Assembly: GCA_964016885.1 (NCBI GenBank)
Contig: OZ024744.1
Span: 3,100,001-3,164,000 of the forward strand
Length of the DNA stretch: 64,000 bases
Direction of reading: 5' to 3'
Origin: Eledone cirrhosa
Lineage: Eukaryota
Under the pieces are notes generated by a model. The model was not told the DNA's origin, made no database searches, and saw only the letters and a program-made list of their open reading frames with translations. Of the stretch, positions 12,901-27,000 are shown piece by piece. Position 1 is the first letter of the stretch. Each line of letters starts with the position of its first letter. The position numbers were made by a program, and so were the translations under genes.

Positions 12901-15900
12901 AACGAAGTTTTGAGGGAAGACATGGTAGAGAAAGATAGCTTGGTGAAGAACGAAGTTTTGAGGGAAGACAAGGTAGAGAAAGATAGTTGGTGAAGAACGA
13001 AGTTTTGAGGGAAGACAAGGTAGAGAAAGATAGCTTGGTGAAGAACGAGGTTTTGAGGAAGACAAGGTAGAGAAAGATAGCTTGGTGAAGAACGAAGTTT
13101 TGGGGGAAGACAAGGTAGAGAAAGATAGCTTGGTGAAGAACGAAGCTTTGAGGGAATACAAGGTAGAGAAAGATAGCTTGGTGAAGAACGAAGTTTTGAG
13201 GGAAGACAAGGTAGAGAAAGATAGCTTGGTGAAGAACGAAGTTTTGGGGGAAGACAAGGTAGAGAAAGATAGCTTGGTGAAGAACGAAGTTTTGAGGGAA
13301 GACAAGGTAGAGAAAGATAGCTTGGTGAAGAACGAAGTTTTGAGGGAAGACAATGTAGAGAAAGATATCTTGGTGAAGAACGAAGTTTTGAGGGGCGACA
13401 AAGTAGAGAAAGATAGCTTGGTGAAGAACGAAGTTTTGGGGGAAGACAAGGTAGAGAAAGATAGCTTGATGAAGAAAGAAGTTTTGGGGGAAGACAAGGT
13501 AGAGAAAGATAGCTTGGTGAAGAACGAAGTTTTGAGGGAAGACAAGGTAGAGAAAGATAGCTTGGTGAAGAACGAAGTTTTGGGGGAAGACAAGGTAGAG
13601 AAAGATAGCTTGGTGAAGAACGAAGTTTTGGGGGAAGACAAGGTAGAGAAATATAGCTTGGTGAAGAACGAAGTTTTGTGGGAATACAAGGTAGAGAAAG
13701 ATAGCTTGTTGAAGAACGACGTTTTGAGGGAAGACAAGGTAGAGAAAGATAGCTTGGTGAAGAACGAAGTTTTGGGGGAAGACAAGGTAGAGAAAGATAG
13801 CTTGGTGAAGAACGAAGTTTTGAGGGAAGACAAGGTAGAGAAAGATAGCTTGGTGAAGAACGAAGTTTTGGGGGAAGACAAGGTAGAGAAAGATAGCTTG
13901 GTGAAGAACGAAGTTTTGGGGGAAGACAAGGTAGAGAACGATAGCTTGGTGAAGAACGAAGTTTTGAGGGAAGACAAGGTAGAGAAAGATAGCTTGGTGA
14001 AGAACGATGTTTTGGGGGAAGACAAGGTAGAAAAAGATAGCTTGGTGAAGAACAACGTTTTGGGGGAAGACAATGTAGAGAAAGATAGCTTGGTGAATAA
14101 CGAAGTTTTGGGAGAAGACAAGGTCGAGAAAGATAGCTTGGTGAAGAACGAAATGTTGAGGGAAGACAAGGTAGAGAAAGATAGCTTGGTGAAGAACGAC
14201 GTTTTGGTGGAAGACAAGGTAGAGAAAGATAGCTTGGTGAAGAACGATATTTTGGGGAAGACAATGTAGAGAAAGATAGCTTGGTGAAGAACGAAGTTTT
14301 GGGGGAAGACAAGGTAGAGAAAGATAGTTTGGTGAAGAACGAAGTTTTGAGGGAAGACAAGGTAGAGAAAGATAGCTTGGTGAATAACGAAGTTTTGGGA
14401 GAAGACAAGGTAGAGAAAGATAGTTGGTGAAGAACGAAGTTTTGAGGGAAGACAAGGTAGAGAAAGATAGCTTGGTGAAGAACGACGTTTTGAGGGAAGA
14501 CAAGGTAGATAAAGATAGCTTGGTGAAGAACGACGTTTTGTGGGAAGACAAGGTAGAGAAAGATAGCTTGGTGAAGAACGAAGTTTTGGGGGAAGACAAG
14601 GTAGAGAAAGATAGCTTGGTGAATAACGAAGTTTTGGGGAAGACAATGTAGAGAAAGATAGCTTGGTGAAGAACGAAGTTTTGGGGGAAGACAAGGTAGA
14701 GAAAGATAGCTTGGTGAAGAACGAAGTTTTGAGGGAAGACAGGATAGAGAAAGATAGCTTGGTGAATAACGAAGTTTTGGGAGAAGACAAGGTAGAGAAA
14801 GATAGCTTGGTGAAGAACGACGTTTTGAGGGAAGACAAGGTAGAGAAAGATAGCTTGGTGAAGAACGAAGTTTTGGGGAAGACAATGTAGAGAAAGATAG
14901 CTTGGTGAAGAACGAAGTTTTGGGGGAAGACAAGGTAGAGAAAGATAGCTTGGTGAAGAACGAAGTTTTGGGAGAAGACAAGGTAGAGAAAGATAGTTGG
15001 TGAAGAACGAAGTTTTGAAGGAAGACAAGGCAGAGAAAGATAGCTTGGTGAAGAACGAAGTTTTGAGGGAAGACAAGGTAGAGAAAGATAGCTTGGTGAA
15101 GAACGACGTTTTGTGGGAAGACAAGGTAGAGAAACATAGCTTGGTGAAGAACGAAGTTTTGGGGGAAGACAAGGTAGAGAAAGATAGCTTGGTGAAGAAC
15201 GAAGTTTTGGGGGAAGACAAGGTAGAGAAAGATAGCTTGGTGAAGAACGAAGTTTTGAGGGAAGACAAGGTAGAGAAAGATAGGTTGGTGAATAACGAAG
15301 TTTTGGGAGAAGACAAGGTGGAGAAAGATAGCTTGGTGAAGAACGAAGTTTTGACGGAAGACAAAGTAGAGAAAGATAGCTTGGTGAAGAACGACGTTTT
15401 GTGGGAAGACAAGGTAGAGAAAGATAGCTTGGTGAAGAACGAAGTTTTGGGGGAAGACAAGGTAGAGAAAGATAGCTTGGTGAAGAACGAAGTTTTGAGG
15501 GGCGACAAAGTAGAGAAAGATAGCTTGGTGAAGAACGAAGTTTTGGGGGAAGACAAGGTAGAGAAAGATAGCTTGATGAAGAAAGAAGTTTTGGGGGAAG
15601 ACAAGGTAGAGAAAGATAGCTTGGTGAAGAACGAAGTTTTGAGGGAAGACAAGGTAGAGAAAGATAGCTTGGTGAAGAACGAAGTTTTGGGGGAAGACAA
15701 GGTAGAGAAAGATAGCTTGGTGAAGAACGAAGTTTTGTGGGAATACAAGGTAGAGAAAGATAGCTTGTTGAAGAACGACGTTTTGAGGGAAGACAAGGTA
15801 GAGAAAGATAGCTTGGTGAAGAACGAAGTTTTGGGGGAAGACAAGGTAGAGAAAGATAGCTTGGTGAAGAACGAAGTTTTGAGGGAAGACAAGGTAGAGA

Positions 15901-18900
15901 AAGATAGCTTGGTGAAGAACGAAGTTTTGGGGGAAGACAAGGTAGAGAAAGATAGCTTGGTGAAGAACGAAGTTTTGGGGGAAGACAAGGTAGAGAACGA
16001 TAGCTTGGTGAAGAACGAAGTTTTGAGGGAAGACAAGGTAGAGAAAGATAGCTTGGTGAAGAACGATGTTTTGGGGGAAGACAAGGTAGAAAAAGATAGC
16101 TTGGTGAAGAACAACGTTTTGGGGGAAGACAATGTAGAGAAAGATAGCTTGGTGAATAACGAAGTTTTGGGAGAAGACAAGGTCGAGAAAGATAGCTTGG
16201 TGAAGAACGAAATGTTGAGGGAAGACAAGGTAGAGAAAGATAGCTTGGTGAAGAACGACGTTTTGGTGGAAGACAAGGTAGAGAAAGATAGCTTGGTGAA
16301 GAACGATATTTTGGGGAAGACAATGTAGAGAAAGATAGCTTGGTGAAGAACGAAGTTTTGGGGGAAGACAAGGTAGAGAAAGATAGCTTGGTGAAGAACG
16401 AAGTTTTGAGGGGCGACAAAGTAGAGAAAGATAGCTTGGTGAAGAACGAAGTTTTGGGGGAAGACAAGGTAGAGAAAGATAGCTTGATGAAGAAAGAAGT
16501 TTTGGGGGAAGACAAGGTAGAGAAAGATAGCTTGGTGAAGAACGAAGTTTTGAGGGAAGACAAGGTAGAGAAAGATAGCTTGGTGAAGAACGAAGTTTTG
16601 GGGGAAGACAAGGTAGAGAAAGATAGCTTGGTGAAGAACGAAGTTTTGAGGGGCGACAAAGTAGAGAAGGATAGCTTGGTGAAGAACGAAGTTTTGGGGG
16701 AAGACAAGGTAGAGAAAGATAGCTTGATGAAGAAAGAAGTTTTGGGGGAACACAAGGTAGAGAAAGATAGCTTGGTGAAGAACGAAGTTTTGAGGGAAGA
16801 CAAGGTAGAGAAAGATAGCTTGGTGAAGAACGAAGTTTTGGGGGAAGACAAGGTAGAGAAAGATAGCTTGGTGAATAACAAAGTTTTGGGAGAAGACAAG
16901 GTCGAGAAAGATAGCTTGGTGAAGAACGAAGTTTTGAGGGTAGACAAGGTAGAGAAAGATAGCTTGGTGAAGAACGACGTTTTGAGGGAAGACAAGATAG
17001 AGAAAGATAGCTTGGTGAAGAACGACGTTTTGTGGGAAGACAAGGTAGAGAAAGATAGCTTGGTGAAGAACGAAGTTTTGTGGGAAGACAAGGTAGAGAA
17101 AGATAGCTTGGTGAAGAACGAAGTTTTGGGGGAAGACAAGGTAGAAAAAGATAGCTTGGTGAAGAACGAAGTTTTGGGGGAAGACAAGGTAGAGAAAGAT
17201 AGCTTGGTGAAGAACGAAGTTTTGAGGGAAGACAAGGTAGAGAAAGATAGCTTGGTGAAGAACGAAGTTTTGGGGGAAGACAAGGTAGAGAAAGATAGCT
17301 TGGTGAAGAACGAAGTTTTGAGGGAAGACAAGGTAGAGAAAGATAGCTTGGTGAAGAACGAAGTTTTGGGGGAAGACAATGTAGAGAAAGATAGCTTGGT
17401 GAAGAACGAAGTTTTGAGGGACGACAACGTAGAGAAAGATAGCTTGGTGTAGAACGACGTTTTGAGGGAAGACAAGGTAGAGAAAGATAGCTTGGTGAAG
17501 AACGACGTTTTGTGGGAAGAAAAGGTAGAGAAAGATAGCTTGGTGAAGAACGAAGTTTTGGGGGAGGACAAGGTAGAGAAAGATAGCTTGGTGAAGAACG
17601 AAGTATTGAGGGAAGACTAGGTAGAGAAAGATAGCTTGGTGAAGAACGAAGTATTGAGGGAAGACAAGGTAGAGAGAGATAGCTTGGTGAAGAACGAAGT
17701 TTTGAGGGAAGACAAGGTAGAGAAAGATAGCTTGGTGAAGAACGACGTTTTGAGGGAAGACAAGGTAGAGAAAGATAGCTTGGTGAAGAACGACGTTTTG
17801 AGGGAAGACAAGGTAGAGAAAGATAGCTTGGTGAAGAACGAAGTTTTGAGGGAAGACATGGTAGAGAAAGATAGCTTGGTGAAGAACGAAGTTTTGAGGG
17901 AAGACAAGGTAGAGAAAGATAGTTGGTGAAGAACGAAGTTTTGAGGGAAGACAAGGTAGAGAAAGATAGCTTGGTGAAGAACGAGGTTTTGAGGAAGACA
18001 AGGTAGAGAAAGATAGCTTGGTGAAGAACGAAGTTTTGGGGGAAGACAAGGTAGAGAAAGATAGCTTGGTGAAGAACGAAGTTTTGAGGGAAGACAAGGT
18101 AGAGAAAGATAGCTTGGTGAAGAACGAAGTTTTGGGGGAAGACAAGGTAGAGAAAGATAGCTTGGTGAAGAACGAAGTTTTGAGGGAAGACAAGGTAGAG
18201 AAAGATAGCTTGGTGAAGAACGAAGTTTTGGGGGAAGACAATGTAGAGAAAGATATCTTGGTGAAGAACGAAGTTTTGAGGGGCGACAAAGTAGAGAAAG
18301 ATAGCTTGGTGAAGAACGAAGTTTTGGGGGAAGACAAGGTAGAGAAAGATAGCTTGATGAAGAAAGAAGTTTTGGGGGAAGACAAGGTAGAGAAAGATAG
18401 CTTGGTGAAGAACGAAGTTTTGAGGGAAGACAAGGTAGAGAAAGATAGCTTGGTGAAGAACGAAGTTTTGGGGGAAGACAAGGTAGAGAAAGATAGCTTG
18501 GTGAAGAACGAAGTTTTGGGGGAAGACAAGGTAGAGAAATATAGCTTGGTGAAGAACGAAGTTTTGTGGGAATACAAGGTAGAGAAAGATAGCTTGTTGA
18601 AGAACGACGTTTTGAGGGAAGACAAGGTAGAGAAAGATAGCTTGGTGAAGAACGAAGTTTTGGGGGAAGACAAGGTAGAGAAAGATAGCTTGGTGAAGAA
18701 CGAAGTTTTGAGGGAAGACAAGGTAGAGAAAGATAGCTTGGTGAAGAACGAAGTTTTGGGGGAAGACAAGGTAGAGAAAGATAGCTTGGTGAAGAACGAA
18801 GTTTTGGGGGAAGACAAGGTAGAGAACGATAGCTTGGTGAAGAACGAAGTTTTGAGGGAAGACAAGGTAGAGAAAGATAGCTTGGTGAAGAACGATGTTT

Positions 18901-21900
18901 TGGGGGAAGACAAGGTAGAAAAAGATAGCTTGGTGAAGAACAACGTTTTGGGGGAAGACAATGTAGAGAAAGATAGCTTGGTGAATAACGAAGTTTTGGG
19001 AGAAGACAAGGTCGAGAAAGATAGCTTGGTGAAGAACGAAATGTTGAGGGAAGACAAGGTAGAGAAAGATAGCTTGGTGAAGAACGACGTTTTGGTGGAA
19101 GACAAGGTAGAGAAAGATAGCTTGGTGAAGAACGATATTTTGGGGAAGACAATGTAGAGAAAGATAGCTTGGTGAAGAACGAAGTTTTGGGGGAAGACAA
19201 GGTAGAGAAAGATAGCTTGGTGAATAACGAAGTTTTGGGGAAGACAATGTAGAGAAAGATAGCTTGGTGAAGAACGAAGTTTTGGGGGAAGACAAGGTCG
19301 AGAAAGATAGCTTGGTGAAGAACGAAATGTTGAGGGAAGACAAGGTAGAGAAAGATAGCTTGGTGAAGAACGACGTTTTGAGGGAAGACAAGGTAGATAA
19401 AGATAGCTTGGTGAAGAACGACGTTTTGTGGGAAGACAAGGTAGAGAAAGATAGCTTGGTGAAGAACGAAGTTTTGGGGGAAGACAAGGTAGAGAAAGAT
19501 AGCTTGGTGAATAACGAAGTTTTGGGGAAGACAATGTAGAGAAAGATAGCTTGGTGAAGAACGAAGTTTTGGGGGAAGACAAGGTAGAGAAAGATAGCTT
19601 GGTGAAGAACGAAGTTTTGAGGGAAGACAGGATAGAGAAAGATAGCTTGGTGAATAACGAAGTTTTGGGAGAAGACAAGGTAGAGAAAGATAGCTTGGTG
19701 AAGAACGACGTTTTGAGGGAAGATAAGGTAGAGAAAGATAGCTTGGTGAAGAACGAAGTTTTGGGGAAGACAATGTAGAGAAAGATAGCTTGGTGAAGAA
19801 CGAAGTTTTGGGGGAAGACAAGGTAGAGAAAGATAGCTTGGTGAAGAACGAAGTTTTGGGAGAAGACAAGGTAGAGAAAGATAGTTGGTGAAGAACGAAG
19901 TTTTGAAGGAAGACAAGGCAGAGAAAGATAGCTTGGTGAAGAACGAAGTTTTGAGGGAAGACAAGGTAGAGAAGGATAGCTTGGTGAAGAACGACGTTTT
20001 GTGGGAAGACAAGGTAGAGAAACATAGCTTGGTGAAGAACGAAGTTTTGGGGGAAGACAAGGTAGAGAAAGATAGCTTGGTGAAGAACGAAGTTTTGGGG
20101 GAAGACAAGGTAGAGAAAGATAGCTTGGTGAAGAACGAAGTTTTGAGGGAAGACAAGGTAGAGAAAGATAGGTTGGTGAATAACGAAGTTTTGGGAGAAG
20201 ACAAGGTGGAGAAAGATAGCTTGGTGAAGAACGAAGTTTTGACGGAAGACAAAGTAGAGAAAGATAGCTTGGTGAAGAACGACGTTTTGTGGGAAGACAA
20301 GGTAGAGAAAGATAGCTTGGTGAAGAACGAAGTTTTGGGGGAAGACAAGGTAGAGAAAGATAGCTTGGTGAAGAACGAAGTTTTGAGGGGCGACAAAGTA
20401 GAGAAAGATAGCTTGGTGAAGAACGAAGTTTTGGGGGAAGACAAGGTAGAGAAAGATAGCTTGATGAAGAAAGAAGTTTTGGGGGAAGACAAGGTAGAGA
20501 AAGATAGCTTGGTGAAGAACGAAGTTTTGAGGGAAGACAAGGTAGAGAAAGATAGCTTGGTGAAGAACGAAGTTTTGGGGGAAGACAAGGTAGAGAAAGA
20601 TAGCTTGGTGAAGAACGAAGTTTTGTGGGAATACAAGGTAGAGAAAGATAGCTTGTTGAAGAACGACGTTTTGAGGGAAGACAAGGTAGAGAAAGATAGC
20701 TTGGTGAAGAACGAAGTTTTGGGGGAAGACAAGGTAGAGAAAGATAGCTTGGTGAAGAACGAAGTTTTGAGGGAAGACAAGGTAGAGAAAGATAGCTTGG
20801 TGAAGAACGAAGTTTTGGGGGAAGACAAGGTAGAGAAAGATAGCTTGGTGAAGAACGAAGTTTTGGGGGAAGACAAGGTAGAGAACGATAGCTTGGTGAA
20901 GAACGAAGTTTTGAGGGAAGACAAGGTAGAGAAAGATAGCTTGGTGAAGAACGATGTTTTGGGGGAAGACAAGGTAGAAAAAGATAGCTTGGTGAAGAAC
21001 AACGTTTTGGGGGAAGACAATGTAGAGAAAGATAGCTTGGTGAATAACGAAGTTTTGGGAGAAGACAAGGTCGAGAAAGATAGCTTGGTGAAGAACGAAA
21101 TGTTGAGGGAAGACAAGGTAGAGAAAGATAGCTTGGTGAAGAACGACGTTTTGGTGGAAGACAAGGTAGAGAAAGATAGCTTGGTGAAGAACGATATTTT
21201 GGGGAAGACAATGTAGAGAAAGATAGCTTGGTGAAGAACGAAGTTTTGGGGGAAGACAAGGTAGAGAAAGATAGTTTGGTGAAGAACGAAGTTTTGAGGG
21301 AAGACAAGGTAGAGAAAGATAGCTTGGTGGATAACGAAGTTTTGGGAGAAGACAAGGTAGAGAAAGATAGTTGGTGAAGAACGAAGTTTTGAGGGAAGAC
21401 AAGGTAGAGAAAGATAGCTTGGTGAAGAACGACGTTTTGAGGGAAGACAAGGTAGATAAAGATAGCTTGGTGAAGAACGACGTTTTGTGGGAAGACAAGG
21501 TAGAGAAAGATAGCTTGGTGAAGAACGAAGTTTTGGGGGAAGACAAGGTAGAGAAAGATAGCTTGGTGAATAACGAAGTTTTGGGGAAGACAATGTAGAG
21601 AAAGATAGCTTGGTGAAGAACGAAGTTTTGGGGGAAGACAAGGTAGAGAAAGATAGCTTGATGAAGAAAGAAGTTTTGGGGGAACACAAGGTAGAGAAAG
21701 ATAGCTTGGTGAAGAACGAAGTTTTGAGGGAAGACAAGGTAGAGAAAGATAGCTTGGTGAAGAACGAAGTTTTGGGGGAAGACAAGGTAGAGAAAGATAG
21801 CTTGGTGAATAACAAAGTTTTGGGAGAAGACAAGGTCGAGAAAGATAGCTTGGTGAAGAACGAAGTTTTGAGGGTAGACAAGGTAGAGAAAGATAGCTTG

Positions 21901-24090
21901 GTGAAGAACGACGTTTTGAGGGAAGACAAGATAGAGAAAGATAGCTTGGTGAAGAACGACGTTTTGTGGGAAGACAAGGTAGAGAAAGATAGCTTGGTGA
22001 AGAACGAAGTTTTGTGGGAAGACAAGGTAGAGAAAGATAGCTTGGTGAAGAACGAAGTTTTGGGGGAAGACAAGGTAGAAAAAGATAGCTTGGTGAAGAA
22101 CGAAGTTTTGGGGGAAGACAAGGTAGAGAAAGATAGCTTGGTGAAGAACGAAGTTTTGAGGGAAGACAAGGTAGAGAAAGATAGCTTGGTGAAGAACGAA
22201 GTTTTGGGGGAAGACAAGGTAGAGAAAGATAGCTTGGTGAAGAACGAAGTTTTGAGGGAAGACAAGGTAGAGAAAGATAGCTTGGTGAAGAACGAAGTTT
22301 TGGGGGAAGACAATGTAGAGAAAGATAGCTTGGTGAAGAACGAAGTTTTGAGGGACGACAACGTAGAGAAAGATAGCTTGGTGTAGAACGACGTTTTGAG
22401 GGAAGACAAGGTAGAGAAAGATAGCTTGGTGAAGAACGACGTTTTGTGGGAAACAAAGGTAGAGAAAGATAGCTTGGTGAAGAACGAAGTTTTGGGGGAA
22501 GACAAGGTAGAGAAAGATAGCTTGGTGAAGAACGAAGTATTGAGGGAAGACTAGGTAGAGAAAGATAGCTTGGTGAAGAACGAAGTATTGAGGGAAGACA
22601 AGGTAGAGAGAGATAGCTTGGTGAAGAACGAAGTTTTGAGGGAAGACAAGGTAGAGAAAGATAGCTTGGTGAAGAACGACGTTTTGAGGGAAGACAAGGT
22701 AGAGAAAGATAGCTTGGTGAAGAACGAAGTTTTGAGGGAAGACATGGTAGAGAAAGATAGCTTGGTGAAGAACGAAGTTTTGAGGGAAGACAAGGTAGAG
22801 AAAGATAGTTGGTGAAGAACGAAGTTTTGAGGGAAGACAAGGTAGAGAAAGATAGCTTGGTGAAGAACGAGGTTTTGAGGAAGACAAGGTAGAGAAAGAT
22901 AGCTTGGTGAAGAACGAAGTTTTGGGGGAAGACAAGGTAGAGAAAGATAGCTTGGTGAAGAACGAAGCTTTGAGGGAATACAAGGTAGAGAAAGATAGCT
23001 TGGTGAAGAACGATGTTTTGAGGGAAGACAAGGTAGAGAAAGATAGCTTGGTGAAGAACGAAGTTTTGGGGGAAGACAAGGTAGAGAAAGATAGCTTGGT
23101 GAAGAACGAAGTTTTGAGGGAAGACAAGGTAGAGAAAGATAGCTTGGTGAAGAACGAAGTTTTGGGGGAAGACAATGTAGAGAAAGATATCTTGGTGAAG
23201 AACGAAGTTTTGAGGGGCGACAAAGTAGAGAAAGATAGCTTGGTGAAGAACGAAGTTTTGGGGGAAGACAAGGTAGAGAAAGATAGCTTGATGAAGAAAG
23301 AAGTTTTGGGGGAAGACAAGGTAGAGAAAGATAGCTTGGTGAAGAACGAAGTTTTGAGGGAAGACAAGGTAGAGAAAGATAGCTTGGTGAAGAACGAAGT
23401 TTTGGGGGAAGACAAGGTAGAGAAAGATAGCTTGGTGAAGAACGAAGTTTTGGGGGAAGACAAGGTAGAGAAATATAGCTTGGTGAAGAACGAAGTTTTG
23501 TGGGAATACAAGGTAGAGAAAGATAGCTTGTTGAAGAACGACGTTTTGAGGGAAGACAAGGTAGAGAAAGATAGCTTGGTGAAGAACGAAGTTTTGGGGG
23601 AAGACAAGGTAGAGAAAGATAGCTTGGTGAAGAACGAAGTTTTGAGGGAAGACAAGGTAGAGAAAGATAGCTTGGTGAAGACGAAGTTTTGGGGGAAGAC
23701 AAGGTAGAGAAAGATAGCTTGGTGAAGAACGAAGTTTTGGGGGAAGACAAGGTAGAGAACGATAGCTTGGTGAAGAACGAAGTTTTGAGGGAAGACAAGG
23801 TAGAGAAAGATAGCTTGGTGAAGAACGATGTTTTGGGGGAAGACAAGGTAGAAAAAGATAGCTTGGTGAAGAACAACGTTTTGGGGGAAGACAATGTAGA
23901 GAAAGATAGCTTGGTGAATAACGAAGTTTTGGGAGAAGACAAGGTCGAGAAAGATAGCTTGGTGAAGAACGAAATGTTGAGGGAAGACAAGGTAGAGAAA
24001 GATAGCTTGGTGAAGAACGACGTTTTGGTGGAAGACAAGGTAGAGAAAGATAGCTTGGTGAAGAACGATATTTTGGGGAAGACAATGTAG
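955..24090 (+). repeat. HOR zone A: ~77-78-monomer higher-order repeat (~3.7 kb) and rearranged derivatives
   Basis: An ordered marker series recurs: AAGGAAGACAAGGCA, GACGACAAC-GTGTAG, GACTAG, GACATG, GAAGCT..GAATAC, GATATC, GATATT plus G-deletion. Spacing 955->4693 = 3738 bp (78x48-6) and 5316->9005 = 3689 bp (77x48-7). GACTAG marker C at 2424, 6785, 10714, 12729, 17617 and 22551. Confidence 0.85.
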
Positions 24091-27000
24091 AGAAAGATAG
24101 CTTGGTGAAGAACGAAGTTTTGGGGGAAGACAAGGTAGAGAAAGATAGTTTGGTGAAGAACGAAGTTTTGAGGGAAGACAAGGTAGAGAAAGATAGCTTG
24201 GTGAATAACGAAGTTTTGGGAGAAGACAAGGTAGAGAAAGATAGTTGGTGAAGAACGAAGTTTTGAGGGAAGACAAGGTAGAGAAAGATAGCTTGGTGAA
24301 GAACGACGTTTTGAGGGAAGACAAGGTAGATAAAGATAGCTTGGTGAAGAACGACGTTTTGTGGGAAGACAAGGTAGAGAAAGATAGCTTGGTGAAGAAC
24401 GAAGTTTTGGGGGAAGACAAGGTAGAGAAAGATAGCTTGGTGAATAACGAAGTTTTGGGGAAGACAATGTAGAGAAAGATAGCTTGGTGAAGAACGAAGT
24501 TTTGGGGGAAGACAAGGTAGAGAAAGATAGCTTGGTGAAGAACGAAGTTTTGAGGGAAGACAGGATAGAGAAAGATAGCTTGGTGAATAACGAAGTTTTG
24601 GGAGAAGACAAGGTAGAGAAAGATAGCTTGGTGAAGAACGACGTTTTGAGGGAAGACAAGGTAGAGAAAGATAGCTTGGTGAAGAACGAAGTTTTGGGGA
24701 AGACAATGTAGAGAAAGATAGCTTGGTGAAGAACGAAGTTTTGGGGGAAGACAAGGTAGAGAAAGATAGCTTGGTGAAGAACGAAGTTTTGGGAGAAGAC
24801 AAGGTAGAGAAAGATAGTTGGTGAAGAACGAAGTTTTGAAGGAAGACAAGGCAGAGAAAGATAGCTTGGTGAAGAACGAAGTTTTGAGGGAAGACAAGGT
24901 AGAGAAAGATAGCTTGGTGAAGAACGACGTTTTGTGGGAAGACAAGGTAGAGAAACATAGCTTGGTGAAGAACGAAGTTTTGGGGGAAGACAAGGTAGAG
25001 AAAGATAGCTTGGTGAAGAACGAAGTTTTGGGGGAAGACAAGGTAGAGAAAGATAGCTTGGTGAAGAACGAAGTTTTGAGGGAAGACAAGGTAGAGAAAG
25101 ATAGGTTGGTGAATAACGAAGTTTTGGGAGAAGACAAGGTGGAGAAAGATAGCTTGGTGAAGAACGAAGTTTTGACGGAAGACAAAGTAGAGAAAGATAG
25201 CTTGGTGAAGAACGACGTTTTGTGGGAAGACAAGGTAGAGAAAGATAGCTTGGTGAAGAACGAAGTTTTGGGGGAAGACAAGGTAGAGAAAGATAGCTTG
25301 GTGAAGAACGAAGTTTTGAGGGGCGACAAAGTAGAGAAAGATAGCTTGGTGAAGAACGAAGTTTTGGGGGAAGACAAGGTAGAGAAAGATAGCTTGATGA
25401 AGAAAGAAGTTTTGGGGGAAGACAAGGTAGAGAAAGATAGCTTGGTGAAGAACGAAGTTTTGAGGGAAGACAAGGTAGAGAAAGATAGCTTGGTGAAGAA
25501 CGAAGTTTTGGGGGAAGACAAGGTAGAGAAAGATAGCTTGGTGAAGAACGATGTTTTGTGGGAATACAAGGTAGAGAAAGATAGCTTGTTGAAGAACGAC
25601 GTTTTGAGGGAAGACAAGGTAGAGAAAGATAGCTTGGTGAAGAACGAAGTTTTGGGGGAAGACAAGGTAGAGAAAGATAGCTTGGTGAAGAACGAAGTTT
25701 TGAGGGAAGACAAGGTAGAGAAAGATAGCTTGGTGAAGAACGAAGTTTTGGGGGAAGACAAGGTAGAGAAAGATAGCTTGGTGAAGAACGAAGTTTTGGG
25801 GGAAGACAAGGTAGAGAACGATAGCTTGGTGAAGAACGAAGTTTTGAGGGAAGACAAGGTAGAGAAAGATAGCTTGGTGAAGAACGATGTTTTGGGGGAA
25901 GACGAGGTAGAAAAAGATAGCTTGGTGAAGAACAACGTTTTGGGGGAAGACAATGTAGAGAAAGATAGCTTGGTGAATAACGAAGTTTTGGGAGAAGACA
26001 AGGTCGAGAAAGATAGCTTGGTGAAGAACGAAATGTTGAGGGAAGACAAGGTAGAGAAAGATAGCTTGGTGAAGAACGACGTTTTGGTGGAAGACAAGGT
26101 AGAGAAAGATAGCTTGGTGAAGAACGATATTTTGGGGAAGACAATGTAGAGAAAGATAGCTTGGTGAAGAACGAAGTTTTGGGGGAAGACAAGGTAGAGA
26201 AAGATAGTTTGGTGAAGAACGAAGTTTTGAGGGAAGACAAGGTAGAGAAAGATAGCTTGGTGGATAACGAAGTTTTGGGAGAAGACAAGGTAGAGAAAGA
26301 TAGTTGGTGAAGAACGAAGTTTTGAGGGAAGACAAGGTAGAGAAAGATAGCTTGGTGAAGAACGACGTTTTGAGGGAAGACAAGGTAGATAAAGATAGCT
26401 TGGTGAAGAACGACGTTTTGTGGGAAGACAAGGTAGAGAAAGATAGCTTGGTGAAGAACGAAGTTTTGGGGGAAGACAAGGTAGAGAAAGATAGCTTGGT
26501 GAATAACGAAGTTTTGGGGAAGACAATGTAGAGAAAGATAGCTTGGTGAAGAACGAAGTTTTGGGGGAAGACAAGGTAGAGAAAGATAGCTTGGTGAAGA
26601 ACGAAGTTTTGAGGGAAGACAAGGTAGAGAAAGATAGCTTGGTGAAGAACGACGTTTTGAGGGGAGACAAGGTAGATAAAGATAGCTTGGTGAAGAACGA
26701 CGTTTTGTGGGAAGACAAGGTAGAGAAAGATAGCTTGGTGAAGAACGAAGTTTTGGGGGAAGACAAGGTAGAGAAAGATAGCTTGGTGAATAACGAAGTT
26801 TTGGGGAAGACAATGTAGAGAAAGATAGCTTGGTGAAGAACGAAGTTTTGGGGGAAGACAAGGTAGAGAAAGATAGCTTGGTGAAGAACGAAGTTTTGAG
26901 GGAAGACAGGATAGAGAAAGATAGCTTGGTGAATAACGAAGTTTTGGGAGAAGACAAGGTAGAGAAAGATAGCTTGGTGAAGAACGACGTTTTGAGGGAA

